Shown: positions 37,514 to 49,824 of the stretch, piece after piece
Position numbering within the stretch: the stretch's first letter is position 1
How the letters are laid out: each line of letters starts with the position of its first letter
The notes under the pieces: model-generated
Seen by the model: only the letters and a program-made list of their open reading frames with translations
Database searches by the model: none
Told to the model about the DNA's origin: nothing
Program-made: the position numbers and the translations under genes
DNA from: Paraphysomonas bandaiensis
Lineage: Eukaryota > Protista > Chrysophyceae
Length of the DNA: 60,842 nt
Direction: 5' to 3'
Assembly (NCBI GenBank): GCA_965644295.1
Contig: CBFFRP010000193.1
Location: forward strand, 1-60,842

Positions 37514-40346
37514 CTACTCTCGTGTTATTCTACCATCAACACTAGACCTATGTACAGGAGGTTTTCTCAATGAGGACATTTCAGATATCGACATTGGTGT
37601 TGACTCAGTTATTGGGCGCCTGTTATCTTTTCGACCATGACGGGTAGGAGATTTTCCACCAGATCTTGGCAAAAGTTTCACATCAACACCGCCCTCATGC
37701 TTATCTCGTAACTTCATATGCAGTTTGGCTCTGTTCACAGTCGAATCGCCAGATACGTGCGGAGCTGAACTGACTTCAGAGATCTCTTTCCCATAGTCCC
37801 TAGCTAACTCGTCTTCAAAAGTCGTATCTTTTGAATCGATTGGAATCATTGCTTCTGACATTATACCGACATTTAGCTCAAGAATACAGATAATCTCCTC
37901 CACCGTTCGCCGCGCAATTAAGGCTAAATTCCAACTCGGTACACTGATGTGGCCATACCTCGGCTCCCCGTAGTCGCTTAAGGTCAATCTTGGGCAAAGT
38001 CGATTTCTATCGCATATAGTGATCTCATCATCATCACTTTCAGATGTTGCATCATCTTGTTTGCGACGACCAGGCATTAGTAATCCAATAAATGACTTTT
38101 TATTTTCCTGAAGAGATGTTTTTTCTCCCGTACTGGATAATGTAACGCCTTTGGGGTCACTCTTTGAGTTATATTTCTGATACAGTATTCCATCTCTCTC
38201 GTCTGGGCGCGGAAAAAGCATATTAAAAGCTTGCATTATTCCAAACCAATAACTATCCATTTCAACAGCCAGAAAATGTCTTATCTGATAGTACCGTTAT
38301 GCAATACAAAATAATACTCAACATGCTCTACCTTTGAGTTATCTAACACCAGCAGCTTAATCAGTGAAGAGAGTTGATATAGCATTGACTCCTGTATCAC
38401 AAAAATTCAAATCTATATAGTTGGGTAACATCTAAGACCTGTGTCTCAAACATTGTGCAAAGCGAAGAAGGAAATTGAGCCTTCTGCATCTCACGAGCCT
38501 TTTTTTTGGGTGACGGCGGTACTCTTCGTCTGTTAAGTTCATCATCAAATGGTCCAGAACGATCAACCGAATCAGTTGAATAACCTCGCTGTGCTTAAAA
38601 GATTATAGTGGTAGAAAGGAAACTAATATCACAACCTCTCGATTACTTCTTTTTTCTTGCATCGAATCGTCTCGCTTCTCTTTTACCATATCCACTCCTC
38701 GAAATTTGATACTAGTCCTAGAAGATAACAACGCAACTTTTCGTAGCCGACGTTTTACAGTGCTAGCAACGGAATCAAGTGCCAATATGTCATCCAACAC
38801 ATCTGATATTCTTCGTAAAATATCCTACGAATAGTCAATGCGATCGAACACACGATACAAGAAAAAAGAACACCTCAATAAACCCTTCCCAATTGCGAGT
38901 TCTTGTTAATGCATCACCAAACTTTATATTCGGTGAAGGATATATGGTTTCACCGTTAATAACTGTGGGGGGTCGGCCCATGACAGCACTGTCGCACACA
39001 CTGAATGCAATCACGGCTTGTAAATCTTTTATGCTTTGACAAACTACGATAACTACTTAAATGTAAAACTAAAGAAACCTGGAACGTACCGACTCGCACC
39101 TCTGACCATTCGCTCAGATGTGAAAACTCGGCCTGTTCTCGTATTCTCTCTCGAAGCGGTGTCAGAAGTTCATCAGAAAAAGTGCAAGATGCAATCGAAT
39201 TTCCTCGACTTCTCACACAATTTCTTCCCGGAGTCATCATAGATATATTTTCAAAGGATTTGTCTATTTCTTTGTCAATATCTTGATACCCTTCTTCCTC
39301 TGTGTAATCTGCCGGCTTATATTTGTACCTAAATACTGCACAAAGACGTTTGTGAAAGTCTACAGAAGTAATTTCTACCCAGGATGATAGAGATAGTGGG
39401 CTACAAGTAAGTGAATTAAAAAAACAAACGCAATGGAAATATATATACTACCGAATCGTGCTGGCAAATACATCAAATCGTGCGGGAATACTATCACTGG
39501 AAAAAATAATACTATATAGTGTTGTCAAAATTGCATGGCATAACTTTAATCTTTTCAAAATCTTCTCTTCTATAAGTTTTCGTTTTCTCCCTTCTTCCTC
39601 TCCGAAACTCATCGAAACTGCTATCGACCGTCCTGTCGAATAAGAAGACATCTTACCATAGGAATCAGTCCACACACTCTGATTCTCTGATGGTTCTAGA
39701 GCAGTTTCATACATGTTGAAAAGGATGACAAATATTTCTCTTGACGAAAAGCAAACGGTTTTCAACGTAAGATCGGTGACGCATTCGTTAGCAAACTCTC
39801 GCAATATTTCTGTTTTTTCAGATAAAGTTTGCGCTGTATGCAAAGAAGATATAGTTTCGGTGTAATACACTTTTGCCAGGTCTATTTCTGACTCGCCAAA
39901 GTCATCAAGGCAAAGACACTTTCTATATAAGGATGCTGTCCACAGTGATATTACATTGTGGTGTAAACGACTACGAGGATCCGTTCTAATATTATATACT
40001 ACAAGAAACAGATTAGACAATTATGGTGATCAGATTCATACAAACTTTGCAGCTTTCCACTTAAACGAATGTATATACGTAGCAGATGACACTCCCTGAA
40101 GTTCACCTGCTGTGGGTCACTATCCGCCACTGAGAGATGATCTACATCATCTATTAGAATCATGTCCTCCACTTCATTAAAGCAGATTTCATGACGAATG
40201 CATCGCTTTCTTTTAATCTCATAGAGATACAAGGAGTCGTGAGATGGCTGTATCCCCACTTGACTCACCAATGAATCCCCTTCAACAAACACCTGCTCCA
40301 ACCTCTCGCTCATATCGGCATAATTTTTCAAGCCAACACTTGACAT
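37514..40346 (-). CDS. Multi-exon hypothetical protein
   Basis: Chain of same-strand ORFs (39999-40346, 39448-40020, 38603-38800, 37514-38260) separated by intron-like gaps; no recognisable domain; start uncertain. Confidence 0.55.
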
Positions 40347-40802
40347 AAGCTCGATAAGATCTCTCTCACACTCTAACGACCTAATCTTTTGGCTACATAT
40401 GCAGTCTATGCTATGTGGGTTCTGAACTGTCGATGCATGCAGATGAACGAAATATAATCGTTATAAAAATAACAGAAATCTTAGAGACTGATGCAATAAA
40501 CTACAGATTTTTGAAGAATCTACTTGGCATAAAACTAAAATAAGTCCATATTTTATACTCCGCTGTTCTGCTCAATATGGAAGAATTGGACGAATATATA
40601 TACCGTATACTGTACCTGCCTTCCTACAGCATGTAGGAGTGGAGTAGTTTCCAGAGGTGGGTATGCATGATTTCTATATGGACATACACAGCCAGTATAT
40701 ACAGTAGGAATATGATGCATATACCGTGCAGTCAACACTCGATCCCCAGCACTTCACATGAGCGCCTATTAAATCGCTATCAAACTAGTCTCCTCGTTGA
40801 AA

Positions 40803-43049
40803 ATGGAGTCCTCTTTGTACAATGTTGAAGAGGTTATGAAAAAGATCGACATCAGTAAGCCTGAAGGTATGTATAGTGATAGAGTGTGTGGTGAGTGTTG
40901 TTTTAAGTTAATGAAATATACAGAGAGCAGATTAATATTCACTGAGGAGATATTTGATTGGACAGATAACTATACAGAGACATTGCAAAATGATCCTGAG
41001 AGTTCTGCTGCAGTTGAAGCTAGGAAAGCGATTGCTAACCTGTGGCTGAGCTATGCCAACATGGAAAAGGACTTAAGGCAGTGGAAGAAAGCTGTACGCG
41101 TTTTTGACGATGCTCTTAGTGACAATATTGCATCCCAATCGCCCTTGATATTTATATCATATGCTGAGTTGTGTAGAGCACGAGGAAAATTATCTAATGC
41201 TCAAAAAATTTACTTGAAGGCACTCAGTACGGAATTCTCGGAGCATGACATCGACAAGATATGGACATCATTCTTACATACTATGCGCGAAAATGGTTCT
41301 CCTAATTTAACAATGGACCAGTTGTACGTTGCTGTGTCGTCACAAATTGGCTATGAAGCATTACGCAAACCAAGTGCCTCATTACTAGGGGCCACAGATG
41401 CTTCTGAGCAGCCCGAACTCAACGAAGGAACTACAACTACTGATGATATCAAATCCGAAGAGCCTGCTCCAAAGAAAATGAAACTCAGCAGTAGTGATGC
41501 TGACGAAAGCCGTGATGATAGTAATAATGCTTCGTTGAACGATGCAGAAGAGAAAGAGGATATGGACATTCAAGCTGGAGGTAGTACTGTTGTTGAACCT
41601 ACTGCAGTCATGGATGCAGCTTCCACGCAAGACTCGAATGAAGTAGAAACATGCAATAGTGCAGCAGTAGACACACATGATGATGCCAGCACAGACAACA
41701 CCGATGCACCGAAAAATAAGAGCATGGATGCAGTGGAGCAGTCGGCTCCTGCATTACCTCAGCTTGACACGAATTTGGGAGATATAAATGACATAACAGG
41801 TGTATCTGCTGAAACTCTTCTCAACGACTACAAATCCCGACCTACAATGCTGTTTATGCCATTGACCGCGGCACACTTAAAGGTATGACGTTTTTTGCGA
41901 TACGCAATGGTGATATGCTTCGTGTAGCAAGCTCAATCTGTACCCGGTTCTGCATTCAATGCACTCGATAAGAACTTAGTATCCGAAGTTGAAAACTTCT
42001 TGGGGATGTCAATCGCAATGATGTGTGAAGCAGATAGAAGTAGTCGAGGTGCTTTTGTGATTCAAATTTATGTGCTTGATAATACTATTGTTGTCACAGA
42101 TAGTCATATTAGCCGCCTATTAGACGTTATTGAAGCAATGTGGCTAGCCCAAGCAGTGAGAGAACTGCATTTTGACAGGTGGTTTGCATCTGTGATTGAC
42201 ACACAAAATCGGGAGGTAAATATGGTGTAATATTTTGTTCGGTGTACAATGCTGAAGAGTTTTGGTTTAGCATGTAATGTTGGAGGGAAAGTCACCGGCA
42301 GACGAAATAGGCCGCGCCAAGTTTAACGTAAGCTTTTGCATGCTTAACCCACAACGTAAAACGATTGTATGGCACAGGCGGAAATGAGGAGTTTTCGAAT
42401 TCAATGTGCACTTCGATTAGACACATTAAATTGTGCGGTTAATTACTTCCTTGGAACACTCTTGCAAGAACAATTATCAATATTGGCTGCAATTCCTAAA
42501 TTTCCTTATGCTCATAAGGACAAGCAAGATATATCTAGTAACGGGGAACAAGAAGAGGAGTTTTCTCATCTGAAGCAAATAGTTAATGCATTTTTATCGG
42601 TCAGGTTGTATAGTCGTGCAAAGGCGATGCATAACATACCACCGGAAGCCGGAAGTGACATGATTGATGCTGCACAAGAACGGCCCGATAGATATCGTGG
42701 CCCAATCAACGACCAGGCCCCTGAGAATGAGTTATTTTCAGCTAAGAAAAAATTTCGCAAGAAGAGAAGAAAAATTGTAGACCAAAACGTATCTGGCATG
42801 CACCGCCCTGCGTATTATGGTGAGAGTGGTAACGACGTTCAACGTCGAGTTAACAGCACAAGCCATGCTTTCGTACCAGATATTGTACCAGCTTCACATA
42901 ATGAGCACATGTCTTCCCAACAACCTCGTCGAACACCGCATCATACGCCTTCTCAAGATGCCATGGGTTTACCCACAGTGATAAAGCCGGCGTCTAATTT
43001 ACATAAGCTGGCAGCCTTATTAGGTAAAAGCGCAAAGGGCTCGAAGTGA
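40803..43049 (+). CDS. HAT/TPR-repeat protein (putative RNA-processing factor), multi-exon
   Basis: LWLSYANMEK...AVRVFDDAL, IFISYAELC...AQKIYLKAL and IWTSF helical repeats; basic KKKFRKKRRK patch. Confidence 0.65.
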
Positions 43050-43643
43050 TAGTGCTGGTATATCTGGAAGTCTGTGGTGTTAGCTTGAGACAGCCTTACG
43101 ATTAGTCCTTGAATTCTTATTTATGGCAGCTCAATGTCGAAAGAAGTAATAATGATTCTCCCTAAGTTTATGTTGTAAAAATAGGGGCTTCAGTTTGGAG
43201 GAAGTAGTATAGCACTATGGTATAGTGTAATTTTCAGACGTTAACCTCAGTTAATTTCACCCGAGAAATTATTCTACTATATGACTATGTATCCTGTAAT
43301 GTAACGCTGGGCAGTAGATGATACAAGCATGAATTCATAGCTCATAGTAGCCAGAGTTTGATTAAGGAATACACATAGAATTGTCTGCCGATAACTGAGA
43401 AAGAAAAGAATATATTATATTAATCTCTTGATATGTTTATTTCCAACTAACTCAATGTATGGCATGATTTCTGCTTGAGATTGAGTAACACATATAATAT
43501 AATTGGTTCCATATTACGCGAAGGGATGCTCACTACAATTCTATAAAAATAACGGTTGTAGCTACGAAAAAACATTGACTTATCGCTATAAACTTTTCCA
43601 TTTATTAATCTGGGCTACTATATTTCTTCAATAGACACCAACA

Positions 43644-44591
43644 TTACTCAGAACTTTGTGACACACGGAGGCGTTTATTCTGCGCTTCAAGGTCGTCACA
43701 TGCTTTCTTGATTTGCCAGGCTTTCATCAGTGTGTCGTTGGTCTTTGTAGTCATCCGCTCCAGCGCGGCCGCAATACCTTCCTGTTCAGTTTTTCTCTCA
43801 AGGTTGACTTCGTCGCACTTCCTCTTTACGGAAGTAGTTAAAGAGTTCACTTGTCGTAAGACACCTGTACAACTAAGTTACACGGTAGACAGCACACTCT
43901 AGAGGAAACACAACATGCACACCAGAAGAAACGTTGCATACAAAACGACACTCAAATGCGGCAACAAGTTATATGACTAACTCTCTGGAATACATATTCT
44001 GGTAAACAACACACCTTCCCCAGCAGAATTACTCTGTAACCACACAGCACTTCCATGACTGTCAGCAATTTCTAAATTCAAAAGCCTATTTGCCTGGTGT
44101 TCCATTTGAGCTTTAGCATTGGACACAGATTTCTTCCAAGCTTGAACATCTTTTTCTAATGGACCTGAAAAGAGACAAGCATATTACCCGCACGTTGGCA
44201 TAATATTATAGCAAATACACCTTCCGGCTTTTCAACACAATATCTACTGTTATCAACAGCGTCCAGTGACGTTCCATTGGCTACACGCGCCATCTCACCC
44301 TATTTACAATTGAGCGTTAATATTAATATACAGATATTAGCCAGATTTAAAACCTGAAGTACAGCTGAATTAGCAAATTTTAATCGCGGATAAGGCAAAT
44401 GGGATATATAATTCTTCGAGGGAGCGAAAGAGCGCATCTCATCAGCTATTAAGGCGTGAATGGCATCTTGTACAGCTGGATGTTCATACTCCTATATTTG
44501 AAGGTAAGATTATTTGTCCTTTCATGCAAGATATCCCAACCTTATCAATATACGGGAGAGCATCGAATTCATATTCCAGCAGATGATTCAT
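43644..44591 (-). CDS. BCAS2: Pre-mRNA splicing factor SPF27/BCAS2, multi-exon
   Basis: FDALPYIDK, ALIADEM, DVQAWKKSVSNAKAQMEHQANRLLNLE and EVNLERKTEQ coiled coil. Confidence 0.88.
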
Positions 44592-45202
44592 ACTCAACTA
44601 TACAATAACAAAATATTCTAATGAACGGGCGCACTGGTTTCGTCTAAGGTATGAATTTAATAGTGTTTGGTATAAGCGTTGAACAGATCGAAACCCACTG
44701 CTGCTTATTGAAATCAATGAACGATGATGCCTTCTCATGTACACCACTGTATAGTCTACATATAGCATCTACGCACACACCACTGCGATAGTCTCCTACT
44801 ACGATGTATACAGGTAGTACTGCGGTAGTTGTTTATTGTATATGGTGTACATATGTAATACAGTGTAGGGGAAAATCTACTGACGACGATACCACACCAC
44901 AGCAGTACTACAGCGTATTCCATGGTATACGATATATGGGTTCCAGAGCGTATCCGCCTACCCTCCTGCGGTCCTATGGGCACCCCCGGTCTCAAATATT
45001 GCACAATGTTTTTTGGTGATGTGCCGATCGAGCCCATACACACACAGCTGAAACACAAGGCCTCCAGAGGTCACTTAAGGCACTTATATATAGAAGTAAT
45101 CGTCAATTAGAGCCATCTAATTGTGAGTTATATTAAACAGTGGTGTAGTTTTTATTCCCCATTACGCTGATTGGAGTATCTATAAGAGTTATCGATAGTC
45201 TC

Positions 45203-48200
45203 ATGCGGGGGTTTAGTTACTACTTGAGCTTATATTTATTGGCTCAAATTAACCAGATCGCTGAGTGCACTTATGAGGGTCGATCCTGGACCAATCAAGG
45301 GGTGTATTTACAGAATTCTAATGGTGGTTATGACGTATATTCTCGATCTCCGTTTGTCATGTATGGCAGAGGTTATCAGACTGTACTCTCTGGTTTTTAC
45401 AGAGTTGACCCCGGTATGATGGTGGATATTCGTAGCTGGAAAGATGGGACCGATGTGTGGTCTATTCAGGCTTTAATGGATCCTCCTGATTCGGTACCGG
45501 CAGAAGTTGAATTAGATGACGATGGAAACGAGCTGATGGTGTATGACGGCAGTGCATATGGATTCTGGATAAGCGGCACTGGAACTTTAAAAACGGGAGT
45601 GATCTTTGCTGTTACCGCTCCTCAGGATATTATATTTTATCCTGATGAATATACGCGTTTGAACAGATCTGGGTCTGTTTATATGTACCGCGGAGAATAT
45701 AGTCAGTGGACTAATACTCAGAAACTCATCCCCGATGTTCCACAGCGAAATGCTTTTTTCGGTGATTCAGTAATGATGTGCCCGAAAATTCCAACGAATA
45801 TGGTCATTGGAGCACATGGTGATAATAGCAAGGGCCCGCTTCTTGCTGGCGCAGCGTATGTGTATCGCTCGACGCCAACAGGAAGATACTGGACGCAGTC
45901 TCAAAAGCTACATGCGTCCGATTATGCCCAACAGGATTGGTTTGGTTTCCGTGTGGGTATATATGATGAATTTTTGATGGTATCTGCACAGAAGGACGAC
46001 GATAATGGTATCGAAACTGGTGCAGTGTATGTTTTTCGTGAGGAACGAGCTGAAGGCCTCTACCAATGGTCTCAGCAGCAGAAGCTTTTGTCAACAAGGG
46101 ATGACAGTACCTGGTTTGGTGAATACTTATCACTTCACCAGCACACTCTTGTTGTGGGTGTTCCTTTTGAGCGTACCAATAGAGGCACAGCTTATGTGTT
46201 CAAAACGTACAAAACTCCTGAGATACCGTACCACAAACCTCACCCACATCCTCATCGCACTCTGACAGATTGTAATTTTACTGACAGCAACTTCACCGAT
46301 GGTAATTATACAGATGGTAATTATACGGATGATGACGACAACGGACACTGTCATCATCACCACCATCACCCAAAGCCGAAACCAAAGCCCAAGCCAATGT
46401 TCAAGTGGTGGTCACTTCAACAGAAGCTCTATCCGAGTGACCCCCACACTTTCAGGAATTTTGGGTCTTACACTAGCACATATGGCAACGGTGGCCTTAT
46501 TGCTGTTGGTGCATACGGCGAGGCATTTGGCGATACTGATTGGGATGACGATACTTCAGATAACTATCGCTCCGGGTCTGCCTATATTTTTGTCAAGGAT
46601 GACAAGTATGATAGGTGGTCACAGCAGCAGAAGTTCATTTCACCGACCCCCGCCAAGGGCGAGTACTTTTCCGACCCTTATCTACACGGTAGTGATCTAA
46701 TCATCCGCAACACTGTGCTGGGGTACAAGTATTCTGATAAGTTTGATTGGGACTGTTTACTAGTATCTGTGAGTGATCACTTTGGGGATGGATGGGACGG
46801 TGCATATCTGATTGCCTACGCTCCCGGGTCGAACACAAAGCTCACCGATCATTACGCTCCATTCTGCGACTCTGAAAATCCGTTGCAACTTCGGTACTGC
46901 CCTTTGATGGTCGAGGACGAGGGAGAATACCTGTTCGAGATATCTCATGATGTATTGACCAAAAAGTTTTCGAGTGAAATTCGATTCGAGATATATAATG
47001 AGAAGGACGGGAAGTACTACTATGGTGATATCGAAACGTCAATCAAGTTCCGTTGGGACTCCACAGAACGTCATTTTGACCATCTTTTAAGTAAGGAGGA
47101 CAAACTTGTGAAGAACGACAAGTGTCAGGCGTGTCCTGTTAAACCTAGTCCGAAGCCAGTGCTTCCTCACCGCGAGCTTAAGGGCGGAAAGTCGAGTACC
47201 AGCTCTCCAACGATATCACCCGCCCCCACCCTCAGTCAAGGTGACACATTAGACTGGAATGTAATGCAAATGGCGACGACCGAGCCGGATGGATGGTTTG
47301 GTGTTGGTGATTACAAGAACGGCACAGGGATGTCGTGGTATATTTATGATGGGAATGGCAAGAAGCTAATTTACACTGGCACCCTCTGCAATGGTTTGGG
47401 GTTATCATACGATTGCCCTCTGGTGTTGCCTGATGGAGATTATATTCTACGATTTGGTGGGGCATTGGATGCTGTTGCGGGCTCACATTCTTGGACGTTT
47501 TGCGGTCGATCCGGTGGAGACACTGAGATGCTGGTGTTTTCCGTTGTGAACCGGCAATGTATTGCGTACAGTCAAGCTACAGCTGCCGAATACTGTTCGG
47601 ATGAACTGAGCCTTACCCTTCTTGTGTCCGGCACTGTTCAGCTACAGGGAATATCCGCTGTAGAACAATTGAGTGCTAATGACTTCGCCGTTATTGGAGA
47701 TGCAATGATGCACCTGTCCCCTGTCAGTGCGAAGGACTCATCGGCATCTTTTGTTCGATATGATGATGGCTTGGTCGTAAAATTTACCATCTACATCGAT
47801 ATGAAGGCACTTGGGTACACCTCGTCAAACACCGATGACTGTATGGAAGTATTCGATATGGTATCAGATGCTCTTTGGTCGGCGAGCGAATCGGGTCGGC
47901 TGGCATCAGAGGTGGTTATTTCTTCTTCCACGCTCCAGTCAGATTCGAATGTAATGTCAAAACTGAAGGATATTAAGTTGTTGACTGTTGTCAACGAGGG
48001 CCCACAATTTCATCGTGTTCCTGCTGTTACGAGCAGTGATACGTCTTCAAGTGTTAAAGATACGAACACAGATCATCTTAAAGAGCATCTGTCGACAGAG
48101 CAGGTTGTGCTAGAAACAACGATGCAAATCGAATCCAACATCGGATACGCAATTGCTGCAATGGCGGCAGTGTTAGCTGCTGGCGTTGCGTGGAGAATAT

Positions 48201-48565
48201 CTGTACGAGAAAATGTTAAGACGAGACGCCCTTTTAAAGGCACTTTCTCTGGTGCTGTGAGTGAGGAGTCCGCAAGCTTGTCATCACACTTGCTGGACAG
48301 CTCGCAAGAGGAATCTCTGAGACCGAATTCAAAGAAACTGTGTAGAGAGGGTGTAGATTCGGAGAGTGTTGCCTTATCCAGGAAGGCTGGTGATTCTAGT
48401 CCAAGTTATTCCTCTTCCCGTAAGGCAAAGTCCATGCGGGTTATGTCCGCACTGGCTAGTATGAAAGAAGATCTAAAAGAAATGGCCGCAATAGAAGACA
48501 ATTCGCTGAAAAGATCTGATATTACTGAAGATATGGATACCCTACTAAGACACTCGAGAGCATAG
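45203..48565 (+). CDS. Intronless type-I membrane protein with FG-GAP (integrin-alpha-like propeller) repeats
   Basis: Signal peptide; repeats FFGDSV...IGAHGD..GAAYVY, WFGFRV..GAVYVF and QQKL; DHFGDGWDG motif; TM helix IGYAIAAMAAVLAAGVAW. Confidence 0.85.
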   Translation: MRGFSYYLSLYLLAQINQIAECTYEGRSWTNQGVYLQNSNGGYDVYSRSPFVMYGRGYQTVLSGFYRVDPGMMVDIRSWKDGTDVWSIQALMDPPDSVPAEVELDDDGNELMVYDGSAYGFWISGTGTLKTGVIFAVTAPQDIIFYPDEYTRLNRSGSVYMYRGEYSQWTNTQKLIPDVPQRNAFFGDSVMMCPKIPTNMVIGAHGDNSKGPLLAGAAYVYRSTPTGRYWTQSQKLHASDYAQQDWFGFRVGIYDEFLMVSAQKDDDNGIETGAVYVFREERAEGLYQWSQQQKLLSTRDDSTWFGEYLSLHQHTLVVGVPFERTNRGTAYVFKTYKTPEIPYHKPHPHPHRTLTDCNFTDSNFTDGNYTDGNYTDDDDNGHCHHHHHHPKPKPKPKPMFKWWSLQQKLYPSDPHTFRNFGSYTSTYGNGGLIAVGAYGEAFGDTDWDDDTSDNYRSGSAYIFVKDDKYDRWSQQQKFISPTPAKGEYFSDPYLHGSDLIIRNTVLGYKYSDKFDWDCLLVSVSDHFGDGWDGAYLIAYAPGSNTKLTDHYAPFCDSENPLQLRYCPLMVEDEGEYLFEISHDVLTKKFSSEIRFEIYNEKDGKYYYGDIETSIKFRWDSTERHFDHLLSKEDKLVKNDKCQACPVKPSPKPVLPHRELKGGKSSTSSPTISPAPTLSQGDTLDWNVMQMATTEPDGWFGVGDYKNGTGMSWYIYDGNGKKLIYTGTLCNGLGLSYDCPLVLPDGDYILRFGGALDAVAGSHSWTFCGRSGGDTEMLVFSVVNRQCIAYSQATAAEYCSDELSLTLLVSGTVQLQGISAVEQLSANDFAVIGDAMMHLSPVSAKDSSASFVRYDDGLVVKFTIYIDMKALGYTSSNTDDCMEVFDMVSDALWSASESGRLASEVVISSSTLQSDSNVMSKLKDIKLLTVVNEGPQFHRVPAVTSSDTSSSVKDTNTDHLKEHLSTEQVVLETTMQIESNIGYAIAAMAAVLAAGVAWRISVRENVKTRRPFKGTFSGAVSEESASLSSHLLDSSQEESLRPNSKKLCREGVDSESVALSRKAGDSSPSYSSSRKAKSMRVMSALASMKEDLKEMAAIEDNSLKRSDITEDMDTLLRHSRA

Positions 48566-49019
48566 TGATGTAAATTATTGCTTCGTAACTGGCATTTTTA
48601 TTATTGGAATGGTATAATAGTCTCTAGAAGCTTGTATGAGGTTAATATTATTGGGTGCATGGCCCCTATCGTGTTGCAAGTAAATAACTTCTTATACGGA
48701 TATAGTTGTAGCAAGTTTGAATTATTAGCTAGCACTCGTTCAAACGCTATATGGGATGGGTAAGAAGCGGGGCAGTATGAGAGTGATATCGAAGTACTAA
48801 TTAGAGCCAGCTTGCAATGTGGACGGTTCTTATTATTGACCTTTCTAGCGACTATAGATTTCTTAGTTATATCCTTTTAAAAGCATATCCAACCGTTAAT
48901 CGCAGCATGCTACAATGACTAGCTGCACTACGATCAATTATATGGTTACTTACAGTCACCATATGTAAATTTACCGAATATATTTTTCAGATAGTAGTGT
49001 ATGTCTTATCATTAGTGTA

Positions 49020-49630
49020 ATAACCAGCCGGCTTGCGTAATAATTAATTGGCAATTAATTGGTGACAGGTGTTCAACAATAATAATTGTTATTATTAATC
49101 AAGCATTGCATTGCATATTGCCAATTAATTACCTTTACTTTTACTGATAGATTTTAGAATAACTTTCTGGACTATAATCTCATATTAAAGAAATATTAAC
49201 ATTTTCACGCAGAAAATTCAACATTTCATGGTGTCTAGGAAAATCTAGTCATAACAACCTTTGCTCTTCTAAACAACCTCTCACAAATATTGGTAGTGCT
49301 ATACAAATATACTTCATGCAACGATACCGTGTTGGAAGTTTGACGCGTGCTTTATGGCACTTTCGGTTGTATTTAAGTAAACGAATGGCCTCGTCTTCCT
49401 CCTCCTCATCTTTCTCTTCACATCAAGTTCACCTTCGTGTGAAGGTACATCACTTTAAGAAAAAGCGTCGCACCTGTGCTTTTCAGCGCAGTTCAGTTCT
49501 TCTTCCCTACCGCGCTGAATTTTGACTACTGCTCTCTCGAAATCTGCATTTTGAACAATTTCCGCGTCTGCACCCAGGTGAAATTTTATACCAGGGTACT
49601 GACGAATTAAATCATCAAATTTGTTCATTG
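49020..49630 (-). mobile_element. Degenerate hAT transposase 3' relic with AATTAATTGG subterminal repeats
   Basis: Reverse translation ADAEIVQNADFERAVVKIQRG ... YRCMKYI ... TNICERLFRRAKVVMT, with frameshifts. Confidence 0.7.
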
Positions 49631-49824
49631 GATGCCATCCTGTTGAATAAATAAGAATGATAAGTTTGGCTGTCCGATGCTTCTAGTCCATTATTGTTGT
49701 ACACACACACTACGGCTGGAGGAGAATGATCCACCAACGGCTGAATTCTCCAATGAGAAGATTATCAGGAACATTGGACTTATGATTGGATTAGATGATG
49801 CCGATATCAATAAATTGATATTAC

